Position numbers and translations under genes: made by a program
Virus record (IMG/VR): IMGVR_UViG_3300037847_003348
Location: 1-36,433 of that record
Source of the DNA: a virus
Taxonomy: Duplodnaviria > Caudoviricetes
DNA: 36,433 bases
Reading direction: 5' to 3' (one strand)
Notes under the pieces: generated by a model
The model's input: only the letters and a program-made list of their open reading frames with translations
Database searches by the model: none
Told to the model about the DNA's origin: nothing
Shown: in pieces, positions 24,705 through 33,886 of the stretch
Layout of the letters: each line of letters begins with the position of its first letter
Numbering within the stretch: position 1 is the stretch's first letter

Positions 24705-26657
24705 CGATTTTGACCAAGAAGGTTTTTTGCCTCTTCTTAATCTTTCTTTAGGTTTCCAACCTGCATCTGCCAAAGCTCTACGTAGTTTTTGACCCGATTG
24801 GTCTCTTACTCTACTAGATGTCATTCTAGGACCTCTACCTGAATACTTACCGGGATTTCTAAATATTTCTGCGCAAAATGCTTCTGGGTCTCTTACACTT
24901 TGAAGTCCCTCATAATTTCTAAGCTTTAATGCATTTCTACGACAATCAGTCATAAACGCTCTCATACCTCTTTGACTTCTACCTGTCCTAGGTTGTTTAA
25001 TTATATCAAGTATTTCATCTAAGTGTTCATTGCTTTTCGCAAGTATATCTGACACATTCTTTGCACTCCACATTTTACAAGACCAATACCTTGCTTTATG
25101 TTTAGGTCCGGGATTAGCACAGTTGTGTCTAGCTCTAAAGTTCCTACGCCTTTCTGGGTCATCACGCTTTATATCCAAGTTAGGGTCACCAAACTTAACC
25201 TGTACAATGTTGCCTTTGTCATTCTTTACATATACACCAAACTTCTTGTTCTCACCAGAAAGCCTGCGTGGTTTGTTTAATTCTACCTTCTTACCCTGAT
25301 ACTCTGCCTTTACTATTCTACTGTCTTCATGGTCTTCTATAAGTCCAAACTCAAATGCCTCAACAGCTCCGGGATGTGGCTTATAGTCGCCCTCCATAAG
25401 CATAGGACCATTCAAGGTCTGCATCCAATGATAACCTTTAGGTGCTTTTACCTTTAGTGTTTTATCTTCTGCTTTTTTTGTAGACTTGGGATGACCTGCG
25501 GGCAACAAATCGTAATCTGTGGTGTACTTAGGATTTGACGGCCTACCTGAACTTAGTAGCTTTAAGAATGCCTTGACACGACCTAATGCCCACTGGTCTC
25601 GGCTACGAACGCTAGGACGATGACTGGTTGAAAATGCACCAGCACCTCTACGGAACACTGCTTTCAATGCTCCCATGTTAGCCTTTTTCCCTTTAGCGTT
25701 ACCAACTTTCTTGTTATGTTTGTCTCGATAACCTTCTAATGTTTTAATATTCGCAGCACTTAATTTTATTCCACCACGCTCTCCACTAGCTGTACCCTTT
25801 GGATTTCTAGTACTACCTGTCCTTCTTTCACTTGGCTTTGCAGGCGTCTGTGGATGTCGGCTTTTCTTTTGAGGAACACAGTTAGGTGTTTTCTTACCGC
25901 CCTCATACTTGAATCCTACCATTTCATATCCTGCCCAGCATGGCTTTTTCTTTAGAACTTCCAATATTCCGTCAAGCTCTTCATTCATTTTACTAAATCT
26001 TCTAGCTTGTATTGCGCGTTCTTGATTTACTGCACCTGCTCTTGTCTTGTGACATCCTAGTAACCTTCTATCTTTCTTAGCATATAGACAATACTCGCCA
26101 TTCTTGCGTTCTATTATCTTTTCTACCATGCCTTCTATTTCATCTAGTGTTACTTGTTTTGTCACCTTTACAGGTTCTTCTGATTTTGCTGCTGCTACTG
26201 CAGTTACAGTAGCTTCTGGGTTAGCAGGCTTGTTACCAACCCATGACACGGACCAAAGAGACAACTCGGAGATGTTGTTGTGGCAGACGTCTCCTTCGCA
26301 AACCTTCTCTTGCTTTTCAGCTTCACCCCTAATAGATGAACCGCCCTTGTCACCGTATATCTTCATTTCTTCCCACACTCTATCATGCATAGGAAGCCTG
26401 TTGTGTATGCCTACACGTATTTTGACTTTACCGTCTTTTACCTTATATGCAAGAGGCAACCCTACTGGCATCTCCTCATGCTTGTATGAATAAACACCAT
26501 ATTTCATATAGAAATCCATGGCTTCTTTAATTGTCTCTGTTTTAATTTTATCGTTCTGTTTATCGACGATAGGCGAGCTAATAAACGTTTCTAAAACTCT
26601 GTCATTGTACCAGTCTGGTCGATAGACCTTCCAGTTAGTATTATTAGCGTCTGCCAC
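24702..26657 (-). CDS. Prohead protease fused to multiple small basic domains (651 aa)
   Basis: N-terminal DKQND...H...PVG...SIRG...SVS.V..PANPEA protease motifs; about 480-aa basic multi-domain tail. Confidence 0.85.
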   Translation of the reverse strand: MADANNTNWKVYRPDWYNDRVLETFISSPIVDKQNDKIKTETIKEAMDFYMKYGVYSYKHEEMPVGLPLAYKVKDGKVKIRVGIHNRLPMHDRVWEEMKIYGDKGGSSIRGEAEKQEKVCEGDVCHNNISELSLWSVSWVGNKPANPEATVTAVAAAKSEEPVKVTKQVTLDEIEGMVEKIIERKNGEYCLYAKKDRRLLGCHKTRAGAVNQERAIQARRFSKMNEELDGILEVLKKKPCWAGYEMVGFKYEGGKKTPNCVPQKKSRHPQTPAKPSERRTGSTRNPKGTASGERGGIKLSAANIKTLEGYRDKHNKKVGNAKGKKANMGALKAVFRRGAGAFSTSHRPSVRSRDQWALGRVKAFLKLLSSGRPSNPKYTTDYDLLPAGHPKSTKKAEDKTLKVKAPKGYHWMQTLNGPMLMEGDYKPHPGAVEAFEFGLIEDHEDSRIVKAEYQGKKVELNKPRRLSGENKKFGVYVKNDKGNIVQVKFGDPNLDIKRDDPERRRNFRARHNCANPGPKHKARYWSCKMWSAKNVSDILAKSNEHLDEILDIIKQPRTGRSQRGMRAFMTDCRRNALKLRNYEGLQSVRDPEAFCAEIFRNPGKYSGRGPRMTSSRVRDQSGQKLRRALADAGWKPKERLRRGKKPSWSKS

Positions 26658-26676
26658 AGTCTAACATCAGATATGT

Positions 26677-26708
26677 GTATATAAATAAAACGAACTTTCC
26701 GGAAACTA
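26677..26708 (-). promoter_or_regulatory. Late promoter: TAGTTTCCGGA-N13-TTATATAC
   Basis: Palindrome TTTCCGGAAA at 26696-26705; TATA at 26677-26684. Confidence 0.7.
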
Positions 26709-27218
26709 AGTTTTAGGCATTGCTTTTGCAACACGTATTACTTCGCCTTCTAAAGCAGGAAGTCCTGCACGTAAAGCATTTCTCATAAAAAAAGTACCTT
26801 CTTTAAATGGCTGATTTCTATATATTCCTCTAGCAAGCTCAAAAAAGGGGTCGCTTGAGTTAGTGCTTGAATAAACATATGCATATTCTACAATTCCCGG
26901 ATTACCCTCGTGAGTTTTTGAAGGTGCAGATGGCATTGGAGACGGACCCCCATACTCCATAATACCTGCTGCTGGATGGTTTGATGACAAACTCAAATAA
27001 ACATTGTTTCCTCTTTTGTAAACTCTTGGTTTTATGCTCTTACCTAGCTTGCCTTTACGTTTTGTAAATTTTGTATATACTCTTTTTTCAGCATCATCTC
27101 TTATAGCTGCTGCTACATTTTTTGCAGCTTTGTCTAAAATTGAAACCCAATTTTTTTCTTTTTTATAAAAATTAATCGTCCGTGTAAATTTCTTACCGCC
27201 AGTTACTTTTACTCTCAT
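26706..27218 (-). CDS. HK97 gp10-like protein
   Basis: G.L..SI ... MEYG ... FMR.A motifs. Confidence 0.55.
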   Translation of the reverse strand: MRVKVTGGKKFTRTINFYKKEKNWVSILDKAAKNVAAAIRDDAEKRVYTKFTKRKGKLGKSIKPRVYKRGNNVYLSLSSNHPAAGIMEYGGPSPMPSAPSKTHEGNPGIVEYAYVYSSTNSSDPFFELARGIYRNQPFKEGTFFMRNALRAGLPALEGEVIRVAKAMPKT

Positions 27219-27451
27219 TTATACTCACGTACATTTTCAACAGAATCGTCACCGTACTTTTCTTTCCATTTTTTGTCTATGTACTTTTCTGCTTTCTTAA
27301 ACATCTTCATGCGTTGCGCCCTTGCTGCCTGTTGTCGTGCTACTCTTTCTCCTTGCTTCCAAGACAACTCACTTGTACATGCTTGACAAAAACCATTACT
27401 CAATATATGTACTGACATCGGACCTGCTCTACACTTTTTACATGCACTCAT
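27215..27451 (-). CDS. Zn-finger protein (78 aa)
   Basis: CKKC...CQAC plus a basic helix. Confidence 0.75.
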   Translation of the reverse strand: MSACKKCRAGPMSVHILSNGFCQACTSELSWKQGERVARQQAARAQRMKMFKKAEKYIDKKWKEKYGDDSVENVREYK

Positions 27452-28848
27452 GGTTTCAACGCTCCTACTTCTGGCTTAGCATCATCTGGCATACTTATCT
27501 GAGGATTGTCTGGTAACTTAAGGTTACCGTCTTTGTCAAGTGTTGCTTCTATTCCTACCTTGTTAAGTACTGTAATTATATTTGCCTTCTGTAACATATT
27601 AGCAAGTTGCTGTTGCTCATTCTTTACATTTATATCTGCAAACCTTATCTTCCAAGTTTCTATGCCCAATATTTTTAACAGCGGTTTAAAGAATCCCATT
27701 TCAATACATTTCTGTGTTTCCAATATAGTTCTGTCAAATATACTAACCTGTTCTCCTTCTGCATTCAATCCACCTACGCCTGCCGTACTTCCTGTTATGA
27801 TTGGCATAACGCCATACGCTGCGTTTATGTCGTTGTTAATGCGCTCCATATATGGCAGTGCCATCAACTCATCCATGTTAGGCATAACAGGCACAAACTT
27901 AGCTTGTCCTGTTCCTGTACCCTCACCCCTACTGCTTATGATTGGTACAAAGTTAGGATTACGCCTTGTTTCCTCTGCTATGTATTCTCCCAATCTGTTA
28001 AGAGATTCCTCATCATGGCCGGGAATATCCAAGAAACCCTTGGGTGGTCTCTCTAATTTGTAGATTTTGTTTTGGAAGTTCTCAATGGCGAGAGCGGTTT
28101 CTATTTTTTTAGAAAGACCCATAATTGGCGACTGTCCATATAATCTGGCCGTCGCACTGTATTTGTTAAAATGTATAATCTCATCTCTTGCAAACGGTAT
28201 TTTGTCACTGTCACCACCTTGGTCATAAAAATATGCCATCTTTGCAGCAGGAATACCGCCTTCTGTTTTTTCATCTTTGTCTACAAACTGTCTTGTAATA
28301 ACATCAAAATAAACATCATCCTTAAACCTGCCAAACTCATCTACATGAAATCTCATGTGCTTTGCATCTTCTACCCAAAGCTGTTTGACAACTTTCATCT
28401 GACCGCCTTCTACTCGGTCATAAACTATACTAACCCACACATCATCAAATATCTCAAGTTGTCTTATCATTGCCTTAAACAATTCCATACCTGATATGTC
28501 TGCATCTCCTCTTGTCGGGTCTCTAAGTAATGTCTCTAAGATTTTTCTCTCTTCTTTGTCACCAGTGTCGCCGACTGCATGATACTCCCAGCCCTTTGCA
28601 ACTGACTGCGAAGCAATACGCGAAATAACTGTCCTTAAATGCGAGTAACGGTCTGCTAGCTGCTCTAGGTACCTCTGGTCTATCGGAGGCAATATCGACT
28701 CTTGATATTGCGCATTTGTTCCCATAGCAGAATACACTGGAGTCCTTGCCTCTTTCATAATCTGATTAGTATCATTTGCTATCATCTCTTCTAACGCAGA
28801 TATTTTTCTAATCGGTTTGCGTCCAATTATCCTATCGTACCATGCCAT
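27448..28848 (-). CDS. Portal protein
   Basis: EIIHF.......YGQSPI and I..AYGV.P motifs; 466 aa; synteny after TerL. Confidence 0.9.
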   Translation of the reverse strand: MAWYDRIIGRKPIRKISALEEMIANDTNQIMKEARTPVYSAMGTNAQYQESILPPIDQRYLEQLADRYSHLRTVISRIASQSVAKGWEYHAVGDTGDKEERKILETLLRDPTRGDADISGMELFKAMIRQLEIFDDVWVSIVYDRVEGGQMKVVKQLWVEDAKHMRFHVDEFGRFKDDVYFDVITRQFVDKDEKTEGGIPAAKMAYFYDQGGDSDKIPFARDEIIHFNKYSATARLYGQSPIMGLSKKIETALAIENFQNKIYKLERPPKGFLDIPGHDEESLNRLGEYIAEETRRNPNFVPIISSRGEGTGTGQAKFVPVMPNMDELMALPYMERINNDINAAYGVMPIITGSTAGVGGLNAEGEQVSIFDRTILETQKCIEMGFFKPLLKILGIETWKIRFADINVKNEQQQLANMLQKANIITVLNKVGIEATLDKDGNLKLPDNPQISMPDDAKPEVGALKP

Positions 28849-29224
28849 GTATATCCTCCAATGTCTTCATTATCTTATTAAGCCTTTCTGTTTTTTGTAG
28901 TAAATCCAACCTCTTCTTCAATGACTTACTCCACCTGTGACCTGCATCACCACCCATTTGCTTCCACATAACATAACCCTTGCTAGGATTACGCCTGTCA
29001 CCAAAACCCTTAGCAGGCGGGTCTACCTTCTCATGCCTTCTATAATATGTGTCAATCTTAACTGCCGTATCATAACCTACGTCCTTTTGCATACGTAACT
29101 TACGGTTTATCATCTTTGTCACCTTACCACCGCCATACCCGTGCATACGACGTAAATCACGGCCATCCATCGCCTCTTTCTTTACACCCTTAGGAATCTT
29201 ATACCTAGTTCTCTTATCTGCCAT
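28832..29224 (-). CDS. Basic head-associated protein (RRH...S.GY..W...GGDAG..W type)
   Basis: Motif recalled from phage head-morphogenesis loci. Confidence 0.65.
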   Translation of the reverse strand: MADKRTRYKIPKGVKKEAMDGRDLRRMHGYGGGKVTKMINRKLRMQKDVGYDTAVKIDTYYRRHEKVDPPAKGFGDRRNPSKGYVMWKQMGGDAGHRWSKSLKKRLDLLQKTERLNKIMKTLEDIHGMVR

Positions 29225-29363
29225 GATACTCCCGAACGTACCTTCTAAGGACTGGCTCCACTAGGACGCCTGTGGGAACATTCTCCGCCTTAGCAATCTC
29301 TTTAAGGCTCTCTTTGGTAGAGTCACTAATTCCATAAATTTCCAACCTCGTTCGCTTTTTCAT
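29214..29363 (-). CDS. 49-aa ribbon-helix-helix-like regulator
   Basis: MKKRTRLEIYGISDSTKESLKEIAKAENVPTGVLVEPVLRRYVREYHGR; TATA at 29395-29403; absent from the ORF track. Confidence 0.7.
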   Translation of the reverse strand: MKKRTRLEIYGISDSTKESLKEIAKAENVPTGVLVEPVLRRYVREYHGR

Positions 29364-29408
29364 AGTATGGTTGGATGTCTCGTATATAGTTTGTGTATAT
29401 AAACTTTA

Positions 29409-30875
29409 CTATATGTAATCCCAACCTACAAACGCAAGACCCTTTTTGTTCATACCTTTAATCGCTAACTCACACATCCACAACGCCATCACAGCATCAG
29501 GAGTGTGACCCTCTAGCCTTCCGTTCTTACCATAAACCAAACGACTCAAGCCATCCGTCAACTTTCTAGGTCCCGGTCTGCTTGCTTCTCTTATTTCTTT
29601 TTCCCACGGAACCGAGTATCTCTCCTTTTCAAACTCCAAGGCCAACCCCGGTATACCCACATCGTGGCTGTGCTTTTCTCTGCCCGTGTTGTGTCCTTCG
29701 ACTGGTAAACCCGCCAAGTCCGACGCACTGTGGACAACCAATCTCTGATACCCATTCGATTCTATCATAATCGTTTCTGGATTAAAACGTTTCGCAAGCT
29801 CTCTGATTTTCAACACCTGTGTCTCTAACCAACCCGAACCCTGTGCCATTACCTTGCCTGTCCAACTATACAGTATCCTACGATGCTCTGTTTTCTTATT
29901 ATAAGCCACAATACAGTAGCTTGTCTCATCATTTTGACTGTTCATACCCACAGCCAAGTCAACACCCATAACGACGCTTATATCGTCCGTGTAATCTGGA
30001 AGACCCATATCTAAATTCTCATCCAAACAACGCTGAAGCACCTCATACGGTATAACGGCAGACTCTGGGTCCAACGGATTTAACATATACTCAGACTCAA
30101 ACGCTCGACTTCCCATTGTCTCCTTTTCTTTGTCTAACCGTTCTTGATTCCAATACTCAGGCCATCTAGGCGTACCGTCCTCCAAAAGTGCTGGATGTCG
30201 TATCACATTCCACTCCGAACTCTCAGATACCCAGTCCGTTATGTCTCCAACACGTTTTTGTGTACCTACAAGCAACATCTTAGATTCTGGAAGTCGCATT
30301 GGCATCACAACTCTTTGTACATAATGGATTACCTTATCATCAGTCAAATTAGGAAACTCCTGCAAAACGTCATCCAGAATAATCATGTGTACGTGAGGAC
30401 CCTCAAGTGCTTTTCCTATACTTGCAGCAGCAACCCTACTACCATTGTTGAATCTTTTTGCACTCTTTCGTATTGTCACCTTCTTATCATCTGACTTTTC
30501 TAAGAACGCACTAAGCCTCCAAGACCTCTTACAAAGTTCCTCAAACTGCTCTAACTTGTCCCAAGCCTGTTCCAAGGTCGCAGATATATACAAAGCCCTA
30601 AAGTTTGGCTGCTTGTGCATCATATAAGCCAATACACACAAACCCCATGTCGTTTTCAAGTGACCTCTTGCACAAATTATAGAAGCAAACTCACCTTTGT
30701 TAAAATTCTCTTCCCACTGTTTGTGCATCTCACCTAACGGAACATAAGTCCCCGGCTCTTGGTCCATATAGTCCGACATTACCTCATCTATGAACTCATT
30801 CAAAGTCAATGGCTGGTCATTCATTATCTCCAATGCCCCTGCGATTGCCTGCGTGATGTGTTTACTATTGTCCAT
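29409..30875 (-). CDS. terL: Terminase large subunit
   Basis: Walker A ARGHLKTT, Walker B IILDD, nuclease GVDLA, IESN and D.VMALW. Confidence 0.95.
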   Translation of the reverse strand: MDNSKHITQAIAGALEIMNDQPLTLNEFIDEVMSDYMDQEPGTYVPLGEMHKQWEENFNKGEFASIICARGHLKTTWGLCVLAYMMHKQPNFRALYISATLEQAWDKLEQFEELCKRSWRLSAFLEKSDDKKVTIRKSAKRFNNGSRVAAASIGKALEGPHVHMIILDDVLQEFPNLTDDKVIHYVQRVVMPMRLPESKMLLVGTQKRVGDITDWVSESSEWNVIRHPALLEDGTPRWPEYWNQERLDKEKETMGSRAFESEYMLNPLDPESAVIPYEVLQRCLDENLDMGLPDYTDDISVVMGVDLAVGMNSQNDETSYCIVAYNKKTEHRRILYSWTGKVMAQGSGWLETQVLKIRELAKRFNPETIMIESNGYQRLVVHSASDLAGLPVEGHNTGREKHSHDVGIPGLALEFEKERYSVPWEKEIREASRPGPRKLTDGLSRLVYGKNGRLEGHTPDAVMALWMCELAIKGMNKKGLAFVGWDYI

Positions 30876-31012
30876 TACTTGCGCTTTCGTACAGTTATAA
30901 CTATCTCTTTAACATCTTTGTCATGAATTACAAGCTGTTCGTGTATATAATGTAAATCGCGTGTCTCCTCTATAACCTTACCATCCTTAATTAGTCTAAT
31001 GATGGTAACCAC
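30875..31012 (-). CDS. 45-aa microprotein
   Basis: MVTIIRLIKDGKVIEET...; stop overlaps the TerL start. Confidence 0.55.
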   Translation of the reverse strand: MVTIIRLIKDGKVIEETRDLHYIHEQLVIHDKDVKEIVITVRKRK

Positions 31013-31500
31013 TCCTGTCCGTCAAATGTACTAACTGTAAAATAACCACGAAAATCAAACCTAGGTATCAAATAACAACGACTTACCTTTTTTCCTGTCT
31101 TTTCATCAGGCTCTCCCGCTGCTACTGTCTTAAATTTGTTCTCCTTTATTAGTTCTTTTAATTTATCCATACGAATAATCCATAAATGGTTCTCACTTAA
31201 GTTAGGAAAGTAATATGCAAACCAATCAGACAAGGTTGTCTTAATTCCACTATCCTTACCACGACACTTGTACTCGATTGCCATGTTACCTGTACCACCC
31301 TTGTCCCAGTCTTTCTCAAACATATCTGTCTTGACTTCAAAAAATATAGGCTTCTGTTTGTTGTTTTGAAACATAATGTCAAAAGCTGCTGTGTTGCCAT
31401 ATGTGATAAACTTCTTGTGCCATTGCGTCTCTACAAAATGTCGAACAGCACGCTCACCCATCTGACCGTCTTCTAAATCATCGTCAAAATTGTTGTTCAT
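30991..31500 (-). CDS. PD-(D/E)XK nuclease
   Basis: GE..V...FDI...FEVKTD. Confidence 0.75.
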   Translation of the reverse strand: MNNNFDDDLEDGQMGERAVRHFVETQWHKKFITYGNTAAFDIMFQNNKQKPIFFEVKTDMFEKDWDKGGTGNMAIEYKCRGKDSGIKTTLSDWFAYYFPNLSENHLWIIRMDKLKELIKENKFKTVAAGEPDEKTGKKVSRCYLIPRFDFRGYFTVSTFDGQEWLPSLD

Positions 31501-31850
31501 AACAATAACTCCTTAGTAAATTTTTGGTTTGCATTAACAACACGTATTTCCAACGGATACATATGCTGCTTCTTTAGTATAGAATCGCTGCCTTCTGTAT
31601 TTACAACCTCGTAAACTATTCCTTCATCCGCATCTATTACATCTGCACGCAATCCTGACGGCTCAAACACAGCCTCTGTGTAAAATTCATGCCCCCATTC
31701 CTTTAATTGCTTGCAAATCGCAAACTTCATGTCTATGTGCTCTGGCGTCTCGTTCTTACTCCAACGCATGGCGTTCCTGTTTCTATTACTTGTGCGTAGC
31801 AAACGAGAAACCTTGTTGCGTTGCTCCTGAACTGCGTATCTATTCATCAA
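31497..31850 (-). CDS. PD-(D/E)XK-like nuclease
   Basis: H...K...TE.......RADV.D......YEV. Confidence 0.6.
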   Translation of the reverse strand: MMNRYAVQEQRNKVSRLLRTSNRNRNAMRWSKNETPEHIDMKFAICKQLKEWGHEFYTEAVFEPSGLRADVIDADEGIVYEVVNTEGSDSILKKQHMYPLEIRVVNANQKFTKELLL

Positions 31851-32004
31851 TAAACCTCCTACAAGCCAAACAGTTTACCTCATGGTCCTTGTCCGTTGCT
31901 GTCACATTCATCAATCCTTCTGTATTATCCACATAACGGCCACACATCGTCCAAAAAGACCTGCCCATGTACTTGTGAATTACCTTATCTCTATAATCAC
32001 CCAC
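31840..32004 (-). CDS. 54-aa Zn-binding microprotein (H...TMCG...NCxxC)
   Basis: Manual translation from GTG 32004. Confidence 0.65.
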   Translation of the reverse strand: MGDYRDKVIHKYMGRSFWTMCGRYVDNTEGLMNVTATDKDHEVNCLACRRFIDE

Positions 32005-32182
32005 GGTTACCAACTATCTCCCCCATCAATGGTGTATATATCATGTCTATTTTACATCGATAACAATCTAACATAGGACGTCCTTCCTTCTTTTTACTAA
32101 ATATAAAATCATCTTTATGCAATTTTCTGTGCTCCTCTTCCCATGTCTCACCACATACAAAACAACTAAACTTCCATCTCAT
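31997..32182 (-). CDS. Zn-ribbon protein (~61 aa)
   Basis: CFVC...CYRC; ATG 32182 overlaps the upstream stop (ATGA). Confidence 0.7.
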   Translation of the reverse strand: MRWKFSCFVCGETWEEEHRKLHKDDFIFSKKKEGRPMLDCYRCKIDMIYTPLMGEIVGNRG

Positions 32183-32319
32183 TTTAACAACGCTAAACAT
32201 CGCTTACAATTTATGTACTTCGGATGCATCTCCTTCATCTTACGAAACTCCTGCGGCGTCGCCTCATGACCACACATTGTCATGTGATGTACTTCACTAG
32301 GTGCGTGTTTTTTTCTCAT
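32179..32319 (-). CDS. 46-aa Zn-binding microprotein (H...TMCG...NCxxC), probable paralog of 31840-32004
   Basis: MRKKHAPSEVHHMTMCGHE...INCKRCLALLK. Confidence 0.65.
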   Translation of the reverse strand: MRKKHAPSEVHHMTMCGHEATPQEFRKMKEMHPKYINCKRCLALLK

Positions 32320-32417
32320 AAGTTCTTCTTCAACTGCTCCCTATATGTATTAACGCCAAGCCAAAAACCTGCGATAAACGCCACTACCATCAAAAACAAC
32401 GTAGCCAAACTACTCAT
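32316..32417 (-). CDS. 33-aa single-TM microprotein
   Basis: MSSLATLFLMVVAFIAGFWLGVNTYREQLKKNL. Confidence 0.65.
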   Translation of the reverse strand: MSSLATLFLMVVAFIAGFWLGVNTYREQLKKNL

Positions 32418-32499
32418 TGCGACACTCCTTGCAAAAACCACCATGGTCCTCTACATCCACGGGTGTCACTACCATACCACAAGCCTTACACCTCCACAT
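32410..32499 (-). CDS. 29-aa Zn-finger microprotein
   Basis: MWRCKACG...FCKECRNE. Confidence 0.65.
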   Translation of the reverse strand: MWRCKACGMVVTPVDVEDHGGFCKECRNE

Positions 32500-32680
32500 C
32501 AGCCTTCTCCCTCTGTATGTCTTCTATCATGTTCTTAGCTAATATACTTACCATTCCTAAAGCCGTCGTATATGCCTTCAACTCTTTACCTTTATATTCC
32601 ATAGGATTGTCATCCACAAACTTCTGAATGTGTAACATCATCTCATGCAACACAACCGTCCAACCATCGTAATTACTCAT
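32486..32680 (-). CDS. Hypothetical protein (64 aa)
   Basis: ORF track; coupled overlaps. Confidence 0.75.
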   Translation of the reverse strand: MSNYDGWTVVLHEMMLHIQKFVDDNPMEYKGKELKAYTTALGMVSILAKNMIEDIQREKADVEV

Positions 32681-32930
32681 TATCTATACGGCCCTCACAC
32701 CATCCAAGAAAATCATCACAAGCATCAAACAAACCCTGCATATAGACCTTCAAGTTGTCATCCGTAACCTGCCAGTGCTTGTCTCGATACTCTTGCGATA
32801 CCTGCATTTTTTTTAAACAATATGCACGTATGTCCATATACCTGATTTGCTTTTCTAAATCTTCCTTTGTAAAAGTGTGATTTCTTTTTCCTGCAACATG
32901 ACCACCACTCAATCCATTACGCTTAGCCAT
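32673..32930 (-). CDS. Hypothetical protein (85 aa)
   Basis: ORF track; GAGGTGA RBS. Confidence 0.75.
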   Translation of the reverse strand: MAKRNGLSGGHVAGKRNHTFTKEDLEKQIRYMDIRAYCLKKMQVSQEYRDKHWQVTDDNLKVYMQGLFDACDDFLGWCEGRIDNE

Positions 32931-33438
32931 CTAAGTCACCTCGCAATAACGCAATATATGTCCTCAAAAAATGTTGCTTTTTTGCCCTAGGTATATCTGT
33001 CTCATTCAACGCCTGCTGTATACACTCGTTAATGTGGTTCACAAGCTCGTCCTTCTCTTTCTGCACATCACCCATGCTGTTCAACATCTCTGTCATCTTA
33101 GCAAACTCATGCCCGCGTATCTCCGCGTCACCCTGCCGGAGGCGGCCCAAAAATTCCTGCCTTACTTCCTCAACCTCTGCCATGCGTGCACCCATGTCTT
33201 TTACAACCGTGCGTTTTACTTCCTCTGCCAAGTCATGCTCAACTTCCGTAAGTTGCTCTTTCCAACCCATCTTAGCTGCCCACTTCTGTATAGTACGCAT
33301 ACTCAAATTCCAATCATACCGCTTGTTTAACTCATCTGCAATAGCCTTAAACGTCATACCATTCAAGTACATACCAAAAGCCTCCTGCTTATCTGCTAGG
33401 CTATATGTACTAGGTCTGCCTACCTTTCCTTCGCTCAT
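32923..33438 (-). CDS. terS: Terminase small subunit (putative)
   Basis: GRPSTY start, helix-turn-helix (TFKAIADEL...SMRTIQKW...GW), then coiled coil; upstream of TerL. Confidence 0.7.
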   Translation of the reverse strand: MSEGKVGRPSTYSLADKQEAFGMYLNGMTFKAIADELNKRYDWNLSMRTIQKWAAKMGWKEQLTEVEHDLAEEVKRTVVKDMGARMAEVEEVRQEFLGRLRQGDAEIRGHEFAKMTEMLNSMGDVQKEKDELVNHINECIQQALNETDIPRAKKQHFLRTYIALLRGDLDG

Positions 33439-33800
33439 TTGCCTCCCTTATTTCTAAAAAAATCGCTTCTAACCATTCTTTGTTCGACTCTACGCTCGGC
33501 ATCTAATATCTCCTCTACTACATCTTCCTGTGCAGCATATGTCTCATTAGCAACCACATCATCAAACTCAGTGTCACGGGCCATGTGTATCCTGCCATCT
33601 CCACCATCATCCTCCGGCTCTAATATATCCTTATGCCTCTCTACGTGCATATACAAAGCATCCCATACCTCGTCCGCCATCGAAGAACCCTCTATCGTAA
33701 CTATACGCCACAAATCCTCCATGACCTTCTCTCTCAACCTATCTCGACCTACCGAAATCAAATATCGCTTAGGCCGTTCCTTAGTCTTTGACCATACCAT
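33435..33800 (-). CDS. Putative RHH-like DNA-binding protein, first gene of the packaging operon
   Basis: RYLISV strand followed by two helices (G.S....V..AL); promoter at 33822-33837. Confidence 0.55.
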   Translation of the reverse strand: MVWSKTKERPKRYLISVGRDRLREKVMEDLWRIVTIEGSSMADEVWDALYMHVERHKDILEPEDDGGDGRIHMARDTEFDDVVANETYAAQEDVVEEILDAERRVEQRMVRSDFFRNKGGK

Positions 33801-33821
33801 GTATATACATTATACAATAGA

Positions 33822-33837
33822 CTATATATACTTATGG
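33822..33837 (-). promoter_or_regulatory. Promoter CCATAAGTATATATAG
   Basis: Identical 16-mer on the plus strand at 34665-34680; variant at 1560. Confidence 0.7.
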
Positions 33838-33886
33838 TACAAAAATATAAAAAATTTAGAGATTACCTGCCCTTGCAGGACCATAA

